Below, one piece after another: positions 50,195 through 59,841 of a stretch of 64,000 nucleotides of DNA. The notes under the pieces are model-generated. The model worked only from the letters and a program-made list of their open reading frames with translations, searched no databases and was not told the origin of the DNA. The stretch's first letter is position 1; each line of letters begins with the position of its first letter. A program made the translations under genes and the position numbers. This DNA comes from Mycoavidus cysteinexigens (lineage in GTDB: Bacteria; Pseudomonadota; Gammaproteobacteria; Burkholderiales; Burkholderiaceae): NCBI GenBank assembly GCA_031963405.1, contig JASSUJ010000001.1:1547802-1611801 (forward strand). The letters run 5' to 3'.

Positions 50195-51082
50195 TTATTC
50201 AGTTGGATTGCTTGATAATTTTTCTCTATCTTCGCGGAAATATAACCCTATTTCTCTATTTATATTAATGAATTCTTCTGTTGAATAAATTATTAAATTA
50301 TTTACTGAGTCTAATATTTTTTTGTCATTTTCATCAAAATCTAATTCTGCCTCGATGCTTGTATTAATCAAGTCTTCCTTTTCCTCTTCTTCTTCTTCTT
50401 CTTCTTCTTCTTCTCCGTTTATAGTAGTTAATTCTTTTTTTAATTCATCTAATAAGTTTTTATCGTATTCGTTGTCGCATAAATTGCTTGCCTTGGCTAT
50501 TAAATTTTTTACTAATGAAATAGTATGCTGAATGTATTTCGTGTAGGTATAGGATTCAACTATATCTATATTTTCTCCTATGAAGTAAATTATATTTGCC
50601 GAAATTTCCAATTTTAAAAAATCTCTAATTTCTTTTAAATCATGAAATTTATTTTCGTCTGTGCAAGAATTGATTTCTATTTGTAGGTTTTGTGCTATTT
50701 TTTTAAGTTTGCTATAGGATTTTTTGTCATTTGGAGATTTTCTGATGGCTAATATTAATTTTTCTATTTCTTCTATTTTTTTTGATTTTTCTAAAATTAA
50801 TATATTTCCCTCTTTTCTTGCAATGCTCTGTATTTCCATACGAGTATAGTATGAATCTTCCTGGGATTTTTCTTTTTGGTTTTTTATTCTGTCAATAGTT
50901 ATTTTAATAAGTGTTTCTTTTCTTAAGTCTGGATAGTTGCTTTTAGCTCCTTTTTTGCAATGCGCAATTTTTGGTTGCTCAGATAAAATGGCGTGCGTTG
51001 TAGTGTGGGATTGGATAGGTGAGTCAGTTAATGTAGCAGTCCTAATAGTGCTAATAGAATTGCTATGCGGATTTATATTCAT
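50195..51082 (-). CDS. Very AT-rich orphan protein with a poly-Glu tract, candidate effector
   Basis: 295-aa ORF starting MNINPHSNSISTIRTATLTDSPIQSH. The body is Lys/Glu/Ile/Asn-rich and contains an 11-Glu run followed by KED. It lies on the opposite strand between coaBC and dut. A one-mismatch PIP-like box lies at 51177-51200. Confidence 0.6.
   Translation of the reverse strand: MNINPHSNSISTIRTATLTDSPIQSHTTTHAILSEQPKIAHCKKGAKSNYPDLRKETLIKITIDRIKNQKEKSQEDSYYTRMEIQSIARKEGNILILEKSKKIEEIEKLILAIRKSPNDKKSYSKLKKIAQNLQIEINSCTDENKFHDLKEIRDFLKLEISANIIYFIGENIDIVESYTYTKYIQHTISLVKNLIAKASNLCDNEYDKNLLDELKKELTTINGEEEEEEEEEEEKEDLINTSIEAELDFDENDKKILDSVNNLIIYSTEEFININREIGLYFREDREKLSSNPTE
50387..50413. repeat. 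(TTC)9 / (GAA)9 trinucleotide microsatellite
   Basis: Nine perfect ttc units on the plus strand encode most of the poly-Glu run of the 50195-51082 ORF. Confidence 0.95.
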
Positions 51083-51389
51083 ATTAACCTATATAATTAA
51101 TATTAAAAACCTTTTTAATTTATCGGGGACATGAATATTTTTTTAGTTCATTAGTTATTTAATAAAATTACAAATCAGAAAAAATGTCTGCTATTGCGAA
51201 CTTATTTTTACAGAATGACTGCATAATTCCGCTGCTATTGGTCAAACAGGCTTCCTGAGTCAACCCACTCACAAATAATTCCTTCATTTATTTACAATGG
51301 CACTATTAGGCTTAAATTGGCTTAGCAAAGCACGCTTATTTACTCATTCATCTACACCTTGCCTACACAGGCATAAATATTTTCCGGTT

Positions 51390-51836
51390 ATGAAAATCAA
51401 TCTAAAAATTCTCGATGCTCGGATTCGCGAGCAACTTCCCGCATATGCGACAAACGGTAGCGCTGGCTTGGATTTACGCGCTTGTCTTGATGCGCCGATG
51501 ACACTTAACCCAGGTGAGACCACTTTAGTGCCAACCGGTATAGCGATTCATCTGGACGACCCAGCTTATGCCGCGCTGATCTTGCCTCGCTCAGGGCTTG
51601 GGCATAAACATGGGATTGTGTTGGGGAATTTGGTTGGGCTTATTGACTCGGATTATCAAGGACAGTTGATGATTTCAACCTGGAATCGCGGCAGTCAAGC
51701 TTTCACACTCGAGCCCTTCGAGCGTTTGGCACAACTTGTTGTGGTGCCTGTCGTTCAGGCTGAATTTAATCTGGTTGATGATTTCAACGAAAGTGTGCGA
51801 GGTGTCGGTGGCTTTGGAAGCACTGGCACGGCTTGA
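51390..51836 (+). CDS. dut: dUTP diphosphatase
   Basis: 148 aa from the ATG at 51390 ([12 protein letters not shown]...), with [29 protein letters not shown] and [10 protein letters not shown]. Confidence 0.9.
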   Translation: MKINLKILDARIREQLPAYATNGSAGLDLRACLDAPMTLNPGETTLVPTGIAIHLDDPAYAALILPRSGLGHKHGIVLGNLVGLIDSDYQGQLMISTWNRGSQAFTLEPFERLAQLVVVPVVQAEFNLVDDFNESVRGVGGFGSTGTA

Positions 51837-52346
51837 GTTGGGGGTGTAGGCCGATGAGATGGCTGTAGCATGCTTGTAGTACTTGCGTAGCCTCTCTTAT
51901 AAGAGCTTGTATGGCGTTCTCTAAGGAGAGTCTCGTATTGGATTTTTTGGGAGGCTAAAAACAAGCTTTAAAATTTATCCTCTTTGTTTTCAGCTTCAGA
52001 AAAACGTCGACATCCTCTGCCAGATGGCTAACATGCAAAGCTACGTACAAATCCGCGCAGCGTTCATGCTAAAGTAATTTCACTTCTTGATTGGTCGACT
52101 TAATTTGATGCGCCAGGCGGTAAAAATTTTATCGAGAGGCTTATACAAATGCTGAGCAAACCAGGAGTGAGGCCATACTTCTTTGCCATGTAGGCATGTG
52201 GCCTGCATCGGCATTCTTTGCTCTCGCTGTGTTTCGCTATATTTCTCTGTAGTCGGCGTTTTCCTAAACGCTTGCTCCAGTGTTTTTTTGATTGCAGATT
52301 TTTAAACCACTTTTTCAGCTCACCTTGCTTGCTTAGGCTAACCGCT

Positions 52347-52589
52347 ATGAAACTGAACGACGTATTAAATGAGTTGCAGACCAAACTCTCTGATCTGCTC
52401 AAAGATTCGCCCGCGCAGGACGTTAAGCGCAATATAGAAGCCGTCTTAAAGCAGGGTTTTACAAAACTCGACTTAGTTACCCGAGAAGAGTTTGACGTAC
52501 AAAAGCAAGTCCTGGCGCACGCTAGCGTCAAGATCGAAGAGCTCGAGCACCGTATCGCGCAACTTGAACAGCGGCCTCTTAACCAATAA
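52347..52589 (+). CDS. ubiK: Ubiquinone biosynthesis accessory factor UbiK (YqiC/BMFP family)
   Basis: 80 aa from the ATG at 52347. LVTREEFDVQKQVLAHASVKIEELEHRIAQLE is typical of the UbiK coiled coil. Confidence 0.8.
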   Translation: MKLNDVLNELQTKLSDLLKDSPAQDVKRNIEAVLKQGFTKLDLVTREEFDVQKQVLAHASVKIEELEHRIAQLEQRPLNQ

Positions 52590-52746
52590 AGAGACGGAGT
52601 TAGGGAGAGTCTGCATAAGCCGGCTGGCAAGGAATGCCTTTGGCTAGTACACCAAAAATATGGCAAGGATGCATGACGCCGCCAGCCGGCTTATGCGGAT
52701 CTTCCTTAGGCGATTAACTGCGTAGCGCACTGCCAGCTTGAGTCGT

Positions 52747-52853
52747 TAAGGAAGCGCTGAATTAGTGGTGAGCAAGGAAAGTTGATATAGATAGCAGTGT
52801 GGGTATGTATCAGAAGCTTAATGCCTCCCTCAATTAGATTCAGTGCTTCTTAA
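52747..52853. repeat. Short palindromic element, family C
   Basis: taaggaagcgctgaattagtggtgagc ... attagattcagtgcttcttaaa has inverted termini. Confidence 0.5.
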
Positions 52854-53297
52854 AAGTAGTGGTACAGCCTGTTAAAAGCCGATCCTTCATTGATGATGTT
52901 TTATTTAAGCAAGCGCTGAATAAATTGATTGTGAGCGGCCCCTATTCTCTAAGCGTACTAGACTGTATTGCCTGCATTGGTATTTCTTGCTCGCAGTTTA
53001 TTCAGCGCTTTTCTAAGCCCAAAAGTAGAGGCTCATCTTGCAGCAGGCAGCACTTCTTAGAAGCTTTTTATCGCTTTTCAAAATAACCAATGCGACGCTC
53101 CTCGGTAGAGATACCTGGGGATAGAAGGGTACAAAATTTTTAGGTAGCTCTTTTCTTTGTCTGCCCTGGACTCTGCTTTCTTGCTTTTTCTTCTTGTAGC
53201 GAAGATGTCTTCTGAAAGGGCTCGAGAGTGCAAAGTAGCACTTAAGGGCGGCCAAACAAATAGTTAAACAAGTAGCCATTAAGTCCCAGGAGAACAT

Positions 53298-54848
53298 ATG
53301 TCGCTTGCCGTGGTGCGCAGCCGTGCGCTAACGACCGCAAGTGCACCTGAAGTGACGGTAGAGGTGCACCTAGCTAATGGCTTACCCTCATTTTCGATTG
53401 TGGGACTGCCTGACCTTGAAGTTCGAGAAAGCCGTGAACGTGTGCGCGCAGCTTTACAAAACTGCCAATTTGAGTTTCCTACCCGTCGTATTACGGTCAA
53501 TCTTGCTCCAGCTGACTTACCTAAAGAGTCAGGCCACTTTGATTTGCCCATTGCGCTTGGCATTTTGGCGGCGAGTGGGCAATTAGCAGTGGAATCGCTA
53601 AAAGACAGAGAATTTGCAGGTGAGTTGTCTTTGGGTGGAGCATTACGGCCTATGCGCGGTGCTTTTGCGATGGCTTGTGGGCTAGCGCATAAAGTAACGG
53701 CAGCACAGGAGGGGCTGACAGCATCGCTTCCGCCGGCTGAAATATATGTGCCGCTGGCTAGTGCTGCCGAGGCGGCACTAGCACCAGGTATAACGGTATT
53801 CGGCGTAGTCGATTTGCTTGAGTTGTGTATGCACCTGGCGGGCACGCCTGAGAAGCAATTAGCGCCAGTTATCGCTAGCACTGCCTTGAAGCCTGCAGTA
53901 GCAGGGCCAGATCTCGCGGACGTGGTGGGGCAAAGCGCAGCTAAGCGCGCCCTCGAAGTAGCTGCGGCAGGAGCGCATCATCTGCTGATGGTTGGCCCGC
54001 CTGGCGCGGGTAAATCAATGTTGGCTGCTCGCTTAGTTAGCATTCTGCCTCCTATGTCAGATGATGAAGCGCTAACCTGTGCTGCACTATTAAGCGCAAG
54101 CGCAGCTGGCTTTACACCTGCGCAGTGGCGCCGTCGTCCCTTTCGCGCGCCGCATCATTCGGCGAGCGCGGCGGCCTTGGTTGGGGGTGGCAACCCACCA
54201 CAGCCAGGTGAAATTACTTTAGCTCACCATGGCGTACTTTTTTTGGATGAGTTTCCCGAGTTTGATCGACGCGTTTTGGAAATGCTGCGCGAGCCGTTAG
54301 AAGCTGGGTTAATCACTATTTCACGCTCAGGCTGTCAAGCTGAATTTCCGGCAGCTTGTTTGCTTGTAGCTGCGATGAACCCTTGTGCCTGCGGATGGTT
54401 GGGCGACCCGCTTGGACGGTGCCGCTGTACGCCGGAAAATGCTGCACGCTATCGGCGTAAATTATCCGGCCCTCTTTTAGACCGTATTGATCTACAAATT
54501 GAAGTGCCCGCCCTGACACCGTTTGAACTTGCCGAGCGAGCCAGTATACCTTCTGAGCCAAGTGCGACGGTGGCGGCGAGAGTCGTTGCGGCACGTGTAC
54601 GGCAACTTGCTCGCCAGCAACAGTTAAATGGTTTTCTTAGCTCGTCCAAGATAGACACCTTTTGTCAGCCTAATGCCGCCGGCCAAACTTTACTGCGCGA
54701 AGCGGGCACGAAATTTGGCTGGTCAGCTCGTGCTTATTACCGTGTACTTAAGGTTGCGCGTACTATCGCTGACCTGGCTCAGGCTGAGATGCCAGGCACG
54801 CCCCATATTGCCGAAGCGATTCGGTATCGCCATGTATTTAGCGTATGA
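53298..54848 (+). CDS. comM: YifB/ComM-family Mg-chelatase-like AAA+ ATPase
   Basis: 516 aa. It has an N-terminal Lon-protease-like domain (VEVHLANGLPSFSIVGLPD..VRESRERVRAAL), Walker A (GPPGAGKSMLA), Walker B (GVLFLDEFPEF) and a Cys cluster (NPCACGW...RCRC). Confidence 0.9.
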   Translation: MSLAVVRSRALTTASAPEVTVEVHLANGLPSFSIVGLPDLEVRESRERVRAALQNCQFEFPTRRITVNLAPADLPKESGHFDLPIALGILAASGQLAVESLKDREFAGELSLGGALRPMRGAFAMACGLAHKVTAAQEGLTASLPPAEIYVPLASAAEAALAPGITVFGVVDLLELCMHLAGTPEKQLAPVIASTALKPAVAGPDLADVVGQSAAKRALEVAAAGAHHLLMVGPPGAGKSMLAARLVSILPPMSDDEALTCAALLSASAAGFTPAQWRRRPFRAPHHSASAAALVGGGNPPQPGEITLAHHGVLFLDEFPEFDRRVLEMLREPLEAGLITISRSGCQAEFPAACLLVAAMNPCACGWLGDPLGRCRCTPENAARYRRKLSGPLLDRIDLQIEVPALTPFELAERASIPSEPSATVAARVVAARVRQLARQQQLNGFLSSSKIDTFCQPNAAGQTLLREAGTKFGWSARAYYRVLKVARTIADLAQAEMPGTPHIAEAIRYRHVFSV

Positions 54849-55649
54849 AAATATAGCTGATCGAGGAACCTGCCGAAGATTTTAAGAAGCGCCCTTATTT
54901 GGGAGACTTATTTGGATGACTTTTGCAGTCGGGTAAAGCTGGACGGGGGACGGAATATACATAGTGAGCATGCATATTCCGAGCACTGCCTGACCCTGAA
55001 GAAATGTGCTTTTTAAGGACTGTAAGCAGGTTCTTAGAAAGCGCTGAATCATTCGTGAGCAAGCATGCTACTAAACGTTGATGATGGTTTTATCACTATC
55101 AACGACCAAACTTAGGCATCGCAGGTCTCGTCCCAAGAAAAAATTGACTCTTCTAGCTTAACTTCTACTTTTACGTCCCATTAAAAAAGTGAGCTCGCTA
55201 CGCTTTTGAGAGGTCGTCTACAGATTGCTTAAAAAGGCTGTGCTTAGTTTTTTGGAAGAAGGCAAAACGTTAATTAGAAGCCTTATGGCCATCTATGCAA
55301 GCATCGCTTTCTGTGCAGCTTTAGCAAATGCAGGCTTGTCTGATGTTGGGCTTCTCGGATTGCCTGATAGCCTTTTGGACAGCTTTTGAAAGGAAAAATA
55401 AAAAGAAAAGATAGGGCTTGATACAGCGAATTTCCAGGAAATTTTTATCGAAAAAGCTTGACAAAATCTAATTTATGCACATTAAGGGATATAGTTTTGC
55501 TGCGCTAAAGGGGCTTTCTGCTAAACCGTATATATTTTTGTAAAGCCTTGATTTATAAGGATTTTATATTTTTTCGGTCAGGCATAACAGAAAATCACCC
55601 GGCCTATACCAGTATCAATTCTGTTTGAAAAGGAGAGTTTTCAACAAAA

Positions 55650-55672
55650 TTATCCACAAGCTCTGTGGATAG
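55650..55672. promoter_or_regulatory. Inverted pair of DnaA boxes
   Basis: ttatccaca-agctc-tgtggatag comprises a perfect TTATCCACA box and a one-mismatch box on the other strand. A further TTATNCACA match (ttatgcaca) lies at 55473-55481. All sit in a 1.1-kb gene-free AT-rich region. Confidence 0.4.
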
Positions 55673-56005
55673 AATTAAAAACCTATAAAAATCGGATAGT
55701 TAAATGAGAATCTGAAATGTTTGCTGAGAAAATCTGCATACATTAGCTCAGGTATTTGGCTGCAGAAGTTACTTCATGAATAGCTTGTCCCTTCGTTAGC
55801 ATCCTATGATTTGCAGAGAATGCAGCATTCAAGCTGAAGCATATATAAGGAATAGGGATGATTTTTGACGCTATGAGCTTGCTCAACTCAATGTCTCTAA
55901 CAAGATAAGCGGTAGAGGTGAGAATAGGCTGCTATTGAGGTTCCTTCTTCACCCTAATAGGCAGGCTATACTTCTCTTCTCTTCACCTACTTGCCCGCTC
56001 TCTTG

Positions 56006-56545
56006 ATGAACCAAGTTGCCCTCTCACCTTCTCGTCGTAAAGCGGTGACTTTACTAAAAAGCTTTGTTTTGTTTGCCGTTTTAAGCGCTATGGTATGGCT
56101 CACTTGGTTTGCGTTTAATCCAGCTAAGTTTGTGCCCAACACTACCTTCACTTTATTATCAGGTCAAAAAATTTCGACCACCCAGCTCAAAGGTAAAGTT
56201 TATGTAGTCAATTTTTGGGCGACGAGCTGCAGCAGTTGCATTAAAGAAATGCCTCAACTCATTAATACTTACAATAAATTTAGAGGGCGCGAGTTTGAAT
56301 TGATTGCAGTTGCCATGAGCTATGACACGCCTATATATGTCGCTAATTATGTGCAAACGCACCAATTACCATTCAAAGTCGCATTGGATGATGGTTTAGT
56401 GGGAAAAGACTTTGGCAATGTACAACTCACGCCGACTATGTTTGTGATTGATAAAAAGGGCCATGTTTTAAAACGTTATGTGGGACCGCCAAATTTTGAT
56501 GAGCTAAATAATTTGCTTGAGTCTGAATTGGCTAAGCAAGCTTAG
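56006..56545 (+). CDS. TlpA/redoxin-family thiol:disulfide oxidoreductase
   Basis: It has an N-terminal membrane anchor and the motif VVNFWATSCSSCIKEMP. I chose the ATG at 56006. The track ORF starts at the TTG at 55991. Confidence 0.75.
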   Translation: MNQVALSPSRRKAVTLLKSFVLFAVLSAMVWLTWFAFNPAKFVPNTTFTLLSGQKISTTQLKGKVYVVNFWATSCSSCIKEMPQLINTYNKFRGREFELIAVAMSYDTPIYVANYVQTHQLPFKVALDDGLVGKDFGNVQLTPTMFVIDKKGHVLKRYVGPPNFDELNNLLESELAKQA

Positions 56546-56686
56546 CTATTGAGCCGGTGCAGGTGAGCTTATTAAGCCGGTTTGGATTGGTTTACTGTCT
56601 TCCAGAAGAGTTCCATAAGGCATATTAATTGCTTGCCAGTTAGAAAAGTCATATGAGGTAATCCTTAAAATAATTAATTATTTTTG

Positions 56687-57904
56687 ATGAGAAGCGGTGA
56701 TGAGATGACTGAACCATTCGCTGTGAGCGGGTGCTTTGCTTCGAGAGCACAAAAATTATCCGCCGAACCCCTTTTGCTATCTCAAAACTCTTCCAAAGAA
56801 ATTATCAAGCCTACCGATCAAGGGTCATGCGATGCGCTTAAGAAATCATTAAGCTCTTCTAATTTAGGTTGGAATGACGCACTTCCGCCTAGGCCTGCTT
56901 TAAAACGGTTCAATACAGGCGATACTTTGCTAGATCTCAATACGCCAGAGTATGTTTCTCGTCGGACCTCCGTTTCTTCTATCGATACTCTTGTGGATAT
57001 CAGCTCTGTTTCTAGGCCAGAGGAGATGAAGCAAGTCGAAGCAGATATAAAAGCAAGTGAAGGAAAATTAGCAGTAGAGAAAAAAAGATTATTAGTTTTT
57101 GAAGCAGAGCTCGCGGAAAAAGAAGCGCTTAAAGATAATTTTGAGAAATTTATTTGTAAATTTAATAACGTTATTAAAAATAGGTCAGAGCAAATATCTT
57201 ATTTCTTAGAAAAGATAAATAGCATTGACGAAAGATATATTGCCAAATTAAATAAACTTGAAGGAATGCGTCGAGATTTACCGGCCGAAAGTAGGAAATT
57301 TAAGTTTTTAAATTTCTTTAGGTTTCTTGGGATTTTTAAAATTTTTAATATAGAAGATAAAAATTTAATTCTAAAAAATAAAATAAAAGAACTTGCGGCG
57401 GAAATCGATAGAGACAGAAGCAGCTATGCTGAATTAACTAAAATTTGGCTTTCCATTGAAAAAAATAATCAATTATCATTTAGCCGCTCCTCCATGGAAG
57501 GTATACGGAGCTTTTCTAGTCAAGCGCTTTTTGATGAGGAAAGTAAAAAAATTGAATCTTCTTTAGCAATGCTAAATAAAAAACAGAGCTTTGTTTTTGA
57601 CTCTCTTCTATCTTCACTGAAACAATATGGTCTTGATAAAGTTTTTGGAGAAATCAGGCAGAAAGCGGAAGATATCAATAAGAATTTTGAGGGAAATGTT
57701 AGGCAAAAATATATAGAGTTTGAAAAATCTGTTTTTGAAAAGAAATTTGCGCTAGTGCTTGCAGAACGCCAAAATTTATCTGAAAAAATTGAGCAGAGAA
57801 AAGTGGAGATGAAGCAGCTAGAAGAAGAATTAGATAAAAAAAGAGAATTATTAAAATTAAGCGATGAGCTCGATCAATTCCTGTTTCTCAAAACACAAAA
57901 TTAA
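56687..57904 (+). CDS. AT-rich orphan coiled-coil protein, candidate effector
   Basis: About 405-aa ORF. The first ~110 aa are Ser/Pro-rich and less AT-rich. A long Lys/Glu/Asn/Ile-rich helical region follows, containing one hydrophobic/amphipathic segment (FKFLNFFRFLGIFKIFNI). I recognise no family and found no PIP box. Confidence 0.55.
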   Translation: MRSGDEMTEPFAVSGCFASRAQKLSAEPLLLSQNSSKEIIKPTDQGSCDALKKSLSSSNLGWNDALPPRPALKRFNTGDTLLDLNTPEYVSRRTSVSSIDTLVDISSVSRPEEMKQVEADIKASEGKLAVEKKRLLVFEAELAEKEALKDNFEKFICKFNNVIKNRSEQISYFLEKINSIDERYIAKLNKLEGMRRDLPAESRKFKFLNFFRFLGIFKIFNIEDKNLILKNKIKELAAEIDRDRSSYAELTKIWLSIEKNNQLSFSRSSMEGIRSFSSQALFDEESKKIESSLAMLNKKQSFVFDSLLSSLKQYGLDKVFGEIRQKAEDINKNFEGNVRQKYIEFEKSVFEKKFALVLAERQNLSEKIEQRKVEMKQLEEELDKKRELLKLSDELDQFLFLKTQN

Positions 57905-58170
57905 CTTCTGTGGATGATAGAAATGCTAAGAGGGCCCGGTTCGTCTTCGCTTCATCTATTCGTAACAGTATTACGATGTAAATAAGTACTTTATTTTTTC
58001 TGCCATTGAGGGTACAGCGCATATAAATGTGAGCAATTCTTACACGCTCCTTTACGCCGAGGAGCTTTTCTCTTTTAAAAGGCAGGATGGATGGAGATGA
58101 ACTGCGTATCACAAACCGCCATAAAGGACCTCGTTTCTGCTGCCCCTTGGCCTTAAATTGAGGACGCGCC

Positions 58171-58348
58171 TAAGAGCCTGCTCCAAGCCTCCCAAAAGTA
58201 CCCTTCTTCGCGTATTTGTCGAATCCGGTGCGGTGCTTGAAGCCCTTATGTACTACTTCAGTACACGCCGGTTTTTTAAGATTTACCCAAGGGCAGGACT
58301 CATCAAATTAGGGAAGGGATGAAAAACGCTGAGCAGGGTTTTAGAGCC
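58171..58348. repeat. Family-B-related palindromic element (variant)
   Basis: The ends are taagagcctgctccaagcctcccaaaag ... gagcagggttttagagcc. The internal tttgtcgaatccggtgcggtgcttgaag matches the element at about 846-1008 (gtcaaatccggtgcggcgctcgaa). Confidence 0.5.
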
Positions 58349-58395
58349 TTTACGCCAATAGCGATGACATCGCCTTCGCTTGATTCAGCCCTTCT

Positions 58396-59391
58396 TTAAA
58401 CCACACCAGCTTCGTGCGCCTGTACATCGGCATGATAGCTTGAGCGTACCATCGCCCCGACGGCGGCATGGGTAAAGCCCATTTGGTAGGCGGCTTCCTC
58501 GTATTTTTTAAATACGTCTGGGTGAATATAAGCGCGTACTGGCAGATGATGCTCTGATGGTTGCAGATACTGACCAATGGTTAGCATATCCACATCATGC
58601 GCACGTAAATCACGCATGACTTGCAGAATTTCTTCTTCACTTTCTCCAAGCCCCACCATGAGTCCCGACTTCGTTGGAGTGTTTGGATGCGCGGCTTTAA
58701 ATTTTTTCAATAAATTTAACGAATGCTGATAGTCGGAACCAGGGCGTGCTTCTTTATATAAACGCGGCACGGTTTCAAGGTTGTGATTCATTACGTCAGG
58801 TGGCGCAGCATTTAAGATCGACAATGCGCGGTCGTCACGGCCACGAAAATCAGGCGTCAATATTTCAATACGTGTGTTCGGCGATAAGGCGCGTACATGC
58901 TCAATACAGGCGACGAAATGGGCAGCGCCGCCATCACGCAAATCATCGCGGTCAACGCTGGTAATCACGACGTATTTGAGCTTGAGCGCGGCGATGGTTT
59001 TAGCCAAATTCCCGGGCTCGTTAGCATCTAATGGGTCAGGCCGCCCATGCCCCACATCACAAAAAGGACAGCGCCGCGTGCACTTGTCACCCATGATCAT
59101 AAAGGTCGCGGTGCCTTTGCCAAAGCATTCGCCAATATTTGGACAACTGGCCTCTTCGCAGACCGTATATAGCTTATGTTCGCGCAAAATCTGCTTAATT
59201 TCATAAAAGCGCGAGCTGCCAGTGGCTGCTTTGACGCGAATCCAATCCGGTTTCTTCAATTTTTCTGCGGGAACAATTTTGATTGGAATACGCGCCGTTT
59301 TAGCCTGCGACTTTTGTTTGACGGTTGGGTCGTAAGCTTCGAGAGCTGGCGGCGGTGGTAAAGCAGAGTTTCTTTCGGATGCAGTCGTCAT
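58396..59391 (-). CDS. lipA: Lipoyl synthase
   Basis: 331 aa with the N-terminal cluster [12 protein letters not shown] and the radical-SAM motif [10 protein letters not shown]. Confidence 0.95.
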   Translation of the reverse strand: MTTASERNSALPPPPALEAYDPTVKQKSQAKTARIPIKIVPAEKLKKPDWIRVKAATGSSRFYEIKQILREHKLYTVCEEASCPNIGECFGKGTATFMIMGDKCTRRCPFCDVGHGRPDPLDANEPGNLAKTIAALKLKYVVITSVDRDDLRDGGAAHFVACIEHVRALSPNTRIEILTPDFRGRDDRALSILNAAPPDVMNHNLETVPRLYKEARPGSDYQHSLNLLKKFKAAHPNTPTKSGLMVGLGESEEEILQVMRDLRAHDVDMLTIGQYLQPSEHHLPVRAYIHPDVFKKYEEAAYQMGFTHAAVGAMVRSSYHADVQAHEAGVV

Positions 59392-59417
59392 ATTAAGCGT
59401 CTATGTGTCAGGTCTGG

Positions 59418-59564
59418 CTAGAACTCATTTCATAAATACCTAAAAGGCTGTGATTTGGGGGCGGGCGGTGCTCGGAATCCTCATGTACTTATGTACATTT
59501 CGGTTCTTGTGCTCCGGCCTTCCCCAACTGACAACCTTTTAGACATTTATGAAACGAGTTCTAG
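59418..59564. repeat. MITE/REP-like palindromic element, family B
   Basis: ctagaactcatttcataaatacctaaaaggctgtgatttgg...ggtgctcggaatcctcatgtac...ctccggccttccccaactgacaaccttttagacatttatgaaacgagttctag has long inverted termini. Confidence 0.8.
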
Positions 59565-59668
59565 TTTAAGGCAATGCCGAAACAAGGGGCGTTGTCGCGG
59601 CGAGCGGCTGGTATTAAATGTAATGTCTGCATTAGCATTTCTTATGCGCGATTTATTTAACGCTCTCT

Positions 59669-59829
59669 AAGAATCTGCCTACAAATCGCCTAAAAGGCCG
59701 TGATTCGCATGTTTGCCAATGCTGGGTGGTGCTAAGCGTTGTCGTGTACGCCGATTTTTACAAGGTTTTACTCAACTGCAGGCGCACCCTCAATAAGGGC
59801 ATTTTTGAAAGACCTGCAGCAGGTTCTTA
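59669..59829. repeat. MITE/REP-like element, family B (diverged right half)
   Basis: The left end is aagaatctgcctacaaatcgcctaaaaggccgtgattcgc. The right end is ...gacctgcagcaggttctta. Confidence 0.65.
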
Positions 59830-59841
59830 GTACAGCGTAAG

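Noticed and set aside
53279-53881. Long ORFs antisense to, or overlapping, well-supported genes. Examples are 53279-53881 (200 aa) opposite comM, 52100-52666 (188 aa) opposite ubiK, 3466-3888 opposite argS, 14155-14580 opposite coaX, 35612-36097 opposite the deaminase-like gene, 49344-49793 opposite coaBC, and 47375-47782 opposite accC.
   Set aside because: Each overlaps a gene with strong family-level sequence signatures on the other strand. Their translations are Cys/Ser/Arg/Ala-rich, low-information sequences typical of antisense frames. None has a recognisable motif.
55427-55452. Near-miss PIP-like pairs. These are CGAA-N18-CGAA at 55427-55452, TTCG-N15-TTCG at 57940-57962, and TTCC-N16-TTCG (minus strand) at 60436-60459 upstream of the DUF1640-like gene.
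   Set aside because: The spacing is wrong (N18, N15). The third has a mismatch and lies only about 19 bp from the start codon, too close for a promoter element. I did not count any of them as boxes.
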